Under the pieces are notes generated by a model, which saw only the letters and a list, made by a program, of their open reading frames with translations, was not told the DNA's origin and did no database searches. A stretch of 26,804 bases of DNA from a virus (taxonomy: Duplodnaviria > Caudoviricetes). The position numbers and the translations under genes are program-made. How positions within the stretch are numbered: position 1 is the stretch's first letter; every line of letters starts with the position of its first letter. Location: IMG/VR virus record IMGVR_UViG_3300027771_000869, positions 1 to 26,804 of that record; one strand, written 5' to 3'. Positions 8,506 through 15,743 of the stretch are shown here, piece after piece.

Positions 8506-9163
8506 TAGTCAACTTTTCTTTCTTGTTATAAATCATTTCTCCTGATTTTTTAACTCTTTCAATAGTTTGTAATTGACCTAATACATTAAATACTTCTGGT
8601 TGACTAGAACCAGATGTTAATGTTTCTGCTTTATTCTTCATTATTAAATGATAAGAATCTAATTGATGAGTGTTAACATCTTTATCATCAAAAGAACCAT
8701 CGTTAAATTCTTTTTTAAGAACTGACCATAATTTAATTTCTCTCATTCTATCTCTAGCTACTAATTGCATATTAGCTACAGAATAAGTTTTTTCATCTAT
8801 ATCAATTTCAAGTAATTCTTTTTTTAATTCGTCTGTTTCTTTTTCTAGTTTTTGTTTTAATCTTTTTAATTTAACTTCATTTCTTCTTGCATCAAAAGAT
8901 AAAGACATTAAATTTTCTAGGAATACATTTTGTTCTCTAACACATTGCCAATATTTAGATGCGTTAGTAGGATATTTAGCATCTTGAAGAACAGACATTC
9001 TCATTTCTGTTTCAGTTCTAAATACTTGTTTTTTAGTCCAAGTATCTCTTAATTCGTTTGTTAATTCTTTAAATTCTTTAACATCATTTGGATCAAGTAA
9101 ATTATTTAAGCTAGGTGCTTCTTTTTCTATTAGTGCATGAATATTTCTTTTTTCTTCTGACAT
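8480..9163 (-). CDS. Coiled-coil hypothetical protein, first gene of the enzyme cassette
   Basis: AAGGA RBS; QVFRTETEMR...KYWQCVREQ; long heptad region. Confidence 0.8.
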   Translation of the reverse strand: MSEEKRNIHALIEKEAPSLNNLLDPNDVKEFKELTNELRDTWTKKQVFRTETEMRMSVLQDAKYPTNASKYWQCVREQNVFLENLMSLSFDARRNEVKLKRLKQKLEKETDELKKELLEIDIDEKTYSVANMQLVARDRMREIKLWSVLKKEFNDGSFDDKDVNTHQLDSYHLIMKNKAETLTSGSSQPEVFNVLGQLQTIERVKKSGEMIYNKKEKLTNDLGAKQE

Positions 9164-9185
9164 TTATAATCCTTTGGTTTATTGA

Positions 9186-9213
9186 AATATAACTATTAAA
9201 AATTATAAGTCAA
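9186..9213 (-). promoter_or_regulatory. Putative sigma70-type promoter TTGACT-N16-TATATT
   Basis: Minus strand -35 at 9213-9208 and -10 at 9191-9186, in the 51-nt gap upstream of 9163. Confidence 0.5.
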
Positions 9214-9214
9214 C

Positions 9215-10243
9215 TTAACTTGTAGATAGGTTTTTAATTTGAGTTCCTGGTGCTGTATATTCTATTGTTGAATTACCTACACTTGGAACAGGATATCCAG
9301 CATAAACTAATGCTGAAGTAGAAGCCGCAGATCCTGCACTATTTGTTTCTCCTCTAGCCGCAGGAATAGATGCATCTAGACTAAAGCTAGTTCCATCAAA
9401 TCTTGCTGTTGTTACACCATCACCTCCAAGAAATAAAGCTGAAGTTTGAGTTCCAGTTCCTCCATTGTAAGCTGTATATTTATCTGAAGCTATATTTGCA
9501 TTTGGTCCAGCTGTCCAGTTTGTGCCATCATAATCAAGTGAAATATTATTGGTAGCAACATTTGGTGCACTAGTACCTTTATTACCACCACCATTTAAAG
9601 TTGCTGTTTGTGTTCCACATTGACAGTTGTAGGCTTGGTATTGAGGCATAGCAGTTACATTGCTCCAATTAGTTCCATTATATTCTTCTGCATTATTAAC
9701 ATGTTCTGCAGGTGCGGCTGATGGAGGTGTAAACCCTCCTGTAGCAAGTCCTGCAGTTAGAGTTCCAGAAGTTGATCTAATTCCTGAAGTGGTATTAGAA
9801 GCATTACCTCCTGTCCAACTAGTTCCATTATATTCTTCGGTAGTTTTAAGAAAAGGATTATTAGGGTTATCTCTACCATTCATAGCAACTGCCGCTGATT
9901 CAGTTCCAAAACCACTCAAATTAACTTTACCAACTGGTAAATTACCACCCTCTGACCATGATGTTCCATTATATGTTTCAGAATTTGTTGTAATTGCACC
10001 ATTTGGTGGTGCGGCTGCCCCACCAAACGACATTGCTGATGTTTGTGAAGTACCTGCACTACCTGATCTTTGTCTAGCTGTACCTAAATTTCCACCTGAT
10101 GACCATGAACCTGCTAAAGCTATACCATCAATACGCAAATTACCTGTACCAGAATTATACCATACCTGTCCATCTTCTGCTCCACTAGGGTCAGCAGATA
10201 AATACTTAACTCTTAGTCCTTTAATTTGTGGATAGGTAGTCAT
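9215..10243 (-). CDS. Kelch-like beta-propeller virion protein (6 repeats)
   Basis: About 47-aa repeats W..GGN...R....GTQTA.L..GG...EEYNGT.W; N-terminal DP...GQVWYNS module. Confidence 0.8.
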   Translation of the reverse strand: MTTYPQIKGLRVKYLSADPSGAEDGQVWYNSGTGNLRIDGIALAGSWSSGGNLGTARQRSGSAGTSQTSAMSFGGAAAPPNGAITTNSETYNGTSWSEGGNLPVGKVNLSGFGTESAAVAMNGRDNPNNPFLKTTEEYNGTSWTGGNASNTTSGIRSTSGTLTAGLATGGFTPPSAAPAEHVNNAEEYNGTNWSNVTAMPQYQAYNCQCGTQTATLNGGGNKGTSAPNVATNNISLDYDGTNWTAGPNANIASDKYTAYNGGTGTQTSALFLGGDGVTTARFDGTSFSLDASIPAARGETNSAGSAASTSALVYAGYPVPSVGNSTIEYTAPGTQIKNLSTS

Positions 10244-10254
10244 TTATAAATTCC

Positions 10255-10542
10255 TTATGGTAATGTTATTTGTGTTGGTCTTGATGATAATCTTTTTTCT
10301 TCATCACTTAATAAATCCCAAGCATCTTGTGATGCTGTTACTTCTGTATCAACTAAAGCCTGTGCTTCTGTTTTAGTTTTTTCAACTCCATTTTTTTCAG
10401 CTAACCATCTTGCTCCTTTTTCATTATAACCAATTACCCAAACGTCTGCTGGTTGTCCTTGAAGAAAAAAATCTTGTCTATTTTGATGTGTAAAAAAATC
10501 TTTTCCTGTATTTGTAGCAGTACCATATATAAATAGTGCCAT
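10255..10542 (-). CDS. Hypothetical protein within the propeller array (possible assembly factor)
   Basis: AAGGAG RBS; position between propeller genes. Confidence 0.75.
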   Translation of the reverse strand: MALFIYGTATNTGKDFFTHQNRQDFFLQGQPADVWVIGYNEKGARWLAEKNGVEKTKTEAQALVDTEVTASQDAWDLLSDEEKRLSSRPTQITLP

Positions 10543-10591
10543 AGTGTTTACTCCTTTGTTTTTTTTAATATTAATTTAATTTTATTCATTG

Positions 10592-12781
10592 TTAACTTAA
10601 TGTAAGTGATTTTTTATCTAATTTAATTACTTCTCCACTAAATTCTTCTGTTGTTGTTCGACCTGAATTTGAAGGATTAGTTCTTCCACCTCCTATTATT
10701 GAGTCAGCTGAACTTGTTCCAGAACCTGTATTAAAATATATTGCCGCACCTATTAATGCAGTGTCTGACCAAGATGTTCCATTATATAATTCTGTTTTGT
10801 TTGTGCTAACTCCACTTGAAATAAGACCACCTGATGCTAACGCATCAGTTTGAGAACCTGATCCTGCACATCTTTTTCTTACTTGTGACATTGTTGTTGC
10901 ATTAGTCCAAGATGTACCATCATATTCTTCAGTATTAGCAAAAGCAAAATTAGATGCATTATATCCACCAAAAGCTAAACCTGCAGTTTGTGTTCCAGCA
11001 CCAGAAATATCGGCTCTTCCTGTATTTAGATTATTTCCTTCAGACCAACTAGATCCATTATATTCCTCTGATTCATTTTTAAAAGAACCTGGTACATATC
11101 CTCCAAAACCAAGTGCCGCAGTTTGTACTCCTAAACCACCTAAAGTTCTTCTACCAGTGTTTAAATTATTTCCTTCTGACCATGATGAACCATTCCAAGT
11201 TTCTGTTTCATTTTTTGTTCCAGGTCCACCTCCAAAAAATAAAGCCGAAGTTTGAGTTCCTGCACCACCTCCACCATCTCTAGCAACATTAACATCTGCT
11301 ATTTCTGACCATGATGTTCCATTGTAAGATTCAACATTTCTTGAATAGCCAGTTGGGGTCGGAGCATAACCTGATATAAATATAGTAGCATTTTTAGTTC
11401 CTTGTGTTGATGAAGCAAGACCATATCTTCCTGTTCCCATATTTCCACCTGATGACCAAGATGCGGCTATAGGAGAAAATATTGATGTACTAAATTCTTC
11501 TGTGTTAGCATAAAAAGTAGGACCATCTCTTCCACCAAAAGCTAATGCGGCACTTGTAGTTCCATTAGTTGCTCCACGAATACCACTTCTAGCTGTTGAT
11601 ATATCAGATTTTGTTGACCAAGATGTTCCATCATATTGTTCTACTTTATTATTAGTTGTTGCTGGAGTTGCACCTCCAAAAGCTAAAGTTGCAGTTTGAA
11701 TCCCACTTGCACCTGCTCCACTTCTACCAACATTTGCAGTTCCTCCATTAGTCCATGCTGAACCATCAAATTCTTCTGTTGCTCCTGTGTAAGTAGTAGA
11801 ATATCCAAGAGAAGCTAATGCCGCAGTTGAAGTTCCAGTACCACATAATATATATCTAGCTGTACCTACTGTAGCAGGGCTTGTTGTCCAAGATGATCCA
11901 TTCCAACTTTCTGTAGCACTACTCTTTGTTGTTGATATTAAACCTGAAAACATTAATGCCGCAGTTGAAGTACCTGACATTGCCGCACCAAATCTAGCAG
12001 TATTTATAGTTGGGGTTGCTGTCCAAGAAGTTCCATTATATTTTTCTGAATTATTTACACCAGCTGTGCTACTTGTATATCCACCAGCACCTATTGCCGC
12101 TGTTTGAGTTCCTGATCCTGCAATTTGCCCTTGTGCTGTATTTACATTGTTTCCCTCTGTCCATGCTGTTCCATTATATTCTTCTGAATTAACTGTAGCA
12201 GAAGTTGAAGCGGCGGCAGTAGTTCCACTAAAAGATAAACCTGCATTTTGAGTTCCTGCTCCTGTTCTAACTCCTGCTGTACCCATATTCCCACCAGATG
12301 ACCATGTTCCTGTACTTACAACAGTTCTAAATTTTCCTAATGTTTCATTATACCAAATTTGTCCTTCTAATTGTATGCTTACTCCAGGTGTTAAAGCAAT
12401 ACCACCCATATAATTATGGTTGGTACAATAATAATATAAAGTTGGTGAACCAGATGCTACAACAATAACTGTTTTTGCTCCTGCTTGTCCTGGAGTTCCA
12501 CTTACAGTTACTCCAGTAGTATATTCAGAACCTCCACCATGTGTACCATTATTTGTTGTAGAAAATCTTAAAGGGTGTCCATTATTTGTTGAATCTGATT
12601 GATCGAATGTGTATGTATTATTTTCATAAAGTTCTAATTGTAATTGTCGTACTCCATTAATAAAATAATAATTAGAACCACCAACATTTACAACTGTTAC
12701 TAAAAAAGTAACTGGAGTAGGGTTGGGATCATTAGTAAATACTTTTATATTTTTTCCAACTAATTCTTTTAATGTTGTCAT
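10592..12781 (-). CDS. Double Kelch-like propeller virion protein (12 repeats) with N-terminal cupredoxin-like domain
   Basis: YTFDQSDSTNNGHPLRF...LYYYCTNHNYMGG followed by 2x6 repeats. Confidence 0.8.
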   Translation of the reverse strand: MTTLKELVGKNIKVFTNDPNPTPVTFLVTVVNVGGSNYYFINGVRQLQLELYENNTYTFDQSDSTNNGHPLRFSTTNNGTHGGGSEYTTGVTVSGTPGQAGAKTVIVVASGSPTLYYYCTNHNYMGGIALTPGVSIQLEGQIWYNETLGKFRTVVSTGTWSSGGNMGTAGVRTGAGTQNAGLSFSGTTAAASTSATVNSEEYNGTAWTEGNNVNTAQGQIAGSGTQTAAIGAGGYTSSTAGVNNSEKYNGTSWTATPTINTARFGAAMSGTSTAALMFSGLISTTKSSATESWNGSSWTTSPATVGTARYILCGTGTSTAALASLGYSTTYTGATEEFDGSAWTNGGTANVGRSGAGASGIQTATLAFGGATPATTNNKVEQYDGTSWSTKSDISTARSGIRGATNGTTSAALAFGGRDGPTFYANTEEFSTSIFSPIAASWSSGGNMGTGRYGLASSTQGTKNATIFISGYAPTPTGYSRNVESYNGTSWSEIADVNVARDGGGGAGTQTSALFFGGGPGTKNETETWNGSSWSEGNNLNTGRRTLGGLGVQTAALGFGGYVPGSFKNESEEYNGSSWSEGNNLNTGRADISGAGTQTAGLAFGGYNASNFAFANTEEYDGTSWTNATTMSQVRKRCAGSGSQTDALASGGLISSGVSTNKTELYNGTSWSDTALIGAAIYFNTGSGTSSADSIIGGGRTNPSNSGRTTTEEFSGEVIKLDKKSLTLS
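11414..11437. repeat. 24-bp exact repeat shared with 13562-13585
   Basis: AGCAAGACCATATCTTCCTGTTCC in both double-propeller genes, encoding GTGRYGLA at the start of the second propeller. Confidence 0.85.
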
Positions 12782-12787
12782 AATTTT

Positions 12788-14554
12788 TTAACTTGTTGTA
12801 AATGTTTTTACGTTAGCTGATATTACTAGACCTGTAAATTCTTCTGTGTTAGTTTTATTGTTATAACCACCAAAACCTAAACCAGCAGTTGTAGTCCCAG
12901 AACCTCCACCCTTAATTCTTGCTGTTCCTATATTTGCTGAATTTGACCAATTAGTCCCATCATAAAGTTCTGTTAAAACACCAGGATTTCCAGTTGCTAT
13001 AAAAGCCGCAGTTTGTAAATCTCCTCCACCTAGTCCTCCCTCTCTAGCAACACTTGTTGCATTAACATTTGTCCATGCTGTACCATTATATTCTTCGGTA
13101 TTAGTAGTTGTTGTAGTTGTATAACCTGTAAAAAAAACAGCCGCAGTTTGTGTTCCTGCACTTTGACCACCTCTTCTTGCTGTATTTACATTTCCACCAT
13201 TTGTCCAAGATGAACCATCGTATTCTTCAGTGTTTGCTACATTACTACCATTTGATCCAGAAGCAAATAAACCTGCGGTTAATATACCATTAGCACTTCC
13301 ACCAAATCTAGAAGTCGCCATATTACCACCATTACTCCAATTAGTTCCATCATATTCAAAAGTTTTATTTACTGCAGGAGGACCACCACCTGATACTACT
13401 GCCGCTGTTTGAATACCAAATCCTGTTATACCTTTTGTAGCCGCAGGTATATTATTAACTTCACTCCAAGAAGAACCATTATATTCTTCAACGTTAGCAG
13501 TTGTAACTACAGCAGGACTATAACCTCCTGCCGCTAAAGATGCAGTTTGAGTTCCTGTTCCAGCAAGACCATATCTTCCTGTTCCTAGATTTCCACCACT
13601 AGCCCAAGATGCTGGTGTTGTAACTGTTGTTGTAAAATTGTATTGTTCATTTGCAGGTCTTAATCCTGGACCCCAACCTGAAATTGCTAATGCACCTGTA
13701 CCTGGACCAGCTGATGAACTTTGAAATCTAGGTGTTGCCATATTTGGTATTGATGCCCAATTAGTTCCATCATATTGAACACAAGTATTAGTTATACCAC
13801 CAGGTAATTCTCCACCGATTGCCATTGAATTTGTTTGTGTACCAGCTCCAGCTGTACTTGTTCTAACCGCAGGTATATTATTTACTTCTGACCAAGTAGA
13901 ACCATTATATTCTTCTACGTTTACAGTTCTACCACCTGCATAAAGACTTGCAGTCTGAGTTCCAGCACCAGAAGGTGCTCCTCCATCTCTAGCTGTATTT
14001 AAAGAATTACCTGCTGTCCAAGCAGTTCCATTATATTCTGCTGAAACAGCTGAAGATGGATCTCCTCCAAAACCTAATCCTGCTGTTAAAGTTCCTGATG
14101 ATCCTAAATTTGTTAGGGAAGTTGGATAATTACCTCCACTTGTCCAATTAGTTCCATCATATTCATACGAATTATTATGACGAGTAGCAGGGTCTGCTGA
14201 AGTACCACCAAAATAAACTCCAGCTGTTAAAGTTCCAAATGCTTGACCACCTCCTGCTCTACCTGCTGGAAGTGCTTCTGCTGATGACCAACCTGATCCA
14301 TTATATTCTTCATTAAGTGCTACTGCAGGATCATACCCACCACCTGAAGCAAACATAGCTGACATATTACCTGCCGCTGAAGTTGCTTGTCTTGCTGTAT
14401 TTAAAGATGCATCACTTGACCATGCACCAGTTGCTATAACACCTTTTAATGTTTTTGAAGTTGAATTATACCACATCTGACCACCATCAGCATTAGCTGG
14501 ATCACTGGCATAAGATTTGATACTTCTTCCATGAAGTTCTTTAATAGTGGACAT
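12788..14554 (-). CDS. Double Kelch-like propeller virion protein (12 repeats)
   Basis: N-terminal DP...GQMWYNS module followed by 2x6 repeats ending EEY(N/D)G..W. Confidence 0.8.
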   Translation of the reverse strand: MSTIKELHGRSIKSYASDPANADGGQMWYNSTSKTLKGVIATGAWSSDASLNTARQATSAAGNMSAMFASGGGYDPAVALNEEYNGSGWSSAEALPAGRAGGGQAFGTLTAGVYFGGTSADPATRHNNSYEYDGTNWTSGGNYPTSLTNLGSSGTLTAGLGFGGDPSSAVSAEYNGTAWTAGNSLNTARDGGAPSGAGTQTASLYAGGRTVNVEEYNGSTWSEVNNIPAVRTSTAGAGTQTNSMAIGGELPGGITNTCVQYDGTNWASIPNMATPRFQSSSAGPGTGALAISGWGPGLRPANEQYNFTTTVTTPASWASGGNLGTGRYGLAGTGTQTASLAAGGYSPAVVTTANVEEYNGSSWSEVNNIPAATKGITGFGIQTAAVVSGGGPPAVNKTFEYDGTNWSNGGNMATSRFGGSANGILTAGLFASGSNGSNVANTEEYDGSSWTNGGNVNTARRGGQSAGTQTAAVFFTGYTTTTTTNTEEYNGTAWTNVNATSVAREGGLGGGDLQTAAFIATGNPGVLTELYDGTNWSNSANIGTARIKGGGSGTTTAGLGFGGYNNKTNTEEFTGLVISANVKTFTTS

Positions 14555-14563
14555 TAATTACCT

Positions 14564-15673
14564 CTAGTTATTTTTAATTAACCAACCTTGTGTTGTATCT
14601 GTAAAAGCTAAAGTAAATCCTGCTCTTTCTGTTGATACTACTAAATCTGCGGCTGTTCCTTGAATTGGTTTACTATTTCTTGCTACTGTTAATGCGTTTG
14701 AATCAAATGTTCCTGCATAATCTACTAAAGATACTTCATCTCCTAAAGTTGGAGAACTAGGTAAGGTTACAGTAACTGCTCCACTTGTTGTATTTACAAA
14801 ATATCCATCTCCAGCCGCCGCAGTAAAATTAGTAGTTTTGACTGTTTGCCAAGCTGTTCCACCAGAGTTGTCAGCAAAAGATAAAACACCAGAACCATTA
14901 GTAACTAAAATTTGATTTGCCGAACCTGTTGCCGCTGGTAAAGTTAAAGTATAAGAACTTGAAACTGTTGAGGCTGATTTTAAACCAACATAAGCAGAAT
15001 CATCTGCATCTGCTAATCTTAATTCTTTTTGTGAATTAATTGTTAAAGCTGTTCCTGCAGTCCATATTAAATCTGCATCTCCTGCAAAAGCACCTGAATT
15101 GTTAAATTGAACTTGTGTAGTAGAACCTGCCGCAGATGTACTTACTGTTGCAAATGATAAATTACCACTTCCATCTGTTTTTAAAAATTGTCCATTAGAA
15201 CCTGCCGCAGTAGGTAATGTTAAAGTTACATTTCCAGATAAAGTTCCTGCTCTTAAAGCAATATAGTTTGAACCATTATCAGTATCTTCTAAAAATCTTA
15301 TTTCTCCAGCTTGTGTTGCCGCACCACCAACTGAAACAAATCCTGCTGGATTAATAGCAACAGAACCATTTGCTAAAGTCATAACTGTTGTTGAAGCTGA
15401 TGTAGATATACCTGCAACTGTAGCAGATGAGTCAACAAAATTTACTGTATTATTAGTTTGATTAAATAAGGCTAATTGAATCCAAGCATCATTATCTGCA
15501 TTACGCATATACCATTTATTAGTATCTGTTTCATACCACATTTGATAAGCATATTTTGTGCTTGGTTCAGAGGCACTAGAGTTATTAGAAACTACTGCTT
15601 GAAGTACAGAATTTAAGTCTGATCTGAATGAGGGAAACCCCTGATTCGCTATTACATAATCGTGATTTGCCAT
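14564..15673 (-). CDS. Tail fibre / fibre adaptor protein
   Basis: N-terminal HDYVIANQGFPSFRSDLN anchor; two internal repeats (TLTLP...G..GQ.L.T.GSG.LSF); C-terminal YFVNTTSGAVTVTLPSSP..GDEV...GW domain; follows the J-like gene. Confidence 0.8.
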   Translation of the reverse strand: MANHDYVIANQGFPSFRSDLNSVLQAVVSNNSSASEPSTKYAYQMWYETDTNKWYMRNADNDAWIQLALFNQTNNTVNFVDSSATVAGISTSASTTVMTLANGSVAINPAGFVSVGGAATQAGEIRFLEDTDNGSNYIALRAGTLSGNVTLTLPTAAGSNGQFLKTDGSGNLSFATVSTSAAGSTTQVQFNNSGAFAGDADLIWTAGTALTINSQKELRLADADDSAYVGLKSASTVSSSYTLTLPAATGSANQILVTNGSGVLSFADNSGGTAWQTVKTTNFTAAAGDGYFVNTTSGAVTVTLPSSPTLGDEVSLVDYAGTFDSNALTVARNSKPIQGTAADLVVSTERAGFTLAFTDTTQGWLIKNN

Positions 15674-15743
15674 AATTTTATTTTATATCCTTTTTTCGTT
15701 TATCATATGTTTGTTTATTAATCAATAAACTTTTCACAAAAAG

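Noticed and set aside
9660-10235. 191-aa plus-strand ORF antisense to a propeller gene (also 12010-12192 and 13230-13412)
   Set aside because: Shadow frames of Gly/Thr/Ala-rich repeats that lack antisense stops; no RBS; the minus-strand genes have clear motifs.
10592-12781. Galactose-oxidase-like copper radical enzyme (Kelch + Cu)
   Set aside because: The propeller repeats lack the His ligands; the copper motif is in a separate cupredoxin-like insert.
9215-14554. Recurrent DNA motifs such as TTCCATTATATTCTTC that could suggest a CRISPR array or DGR template/variable repeats
   Set aside because: They are in-frame codons of the EEYNGT repeat and degenerate at third positions. No cas or reverse transcriptase gene and no adenine-specific repeat pair was seen in the window.
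9215-14554. Many N-G-T/S sequons as N-glycosylation sites
   Set aside because: Asn alternates freely with Asp at this position (YNGT/YDGT), which fits a structural beta-turn.
15713-15730. Inverted repeat GTTTATT-aatc-AATAAAC between J and the fibre gene as a terminator or promoter
   Set aside because: AT-only weak stem without a convincing U-tract on the coding strand; -35/-10 spacing is poor.
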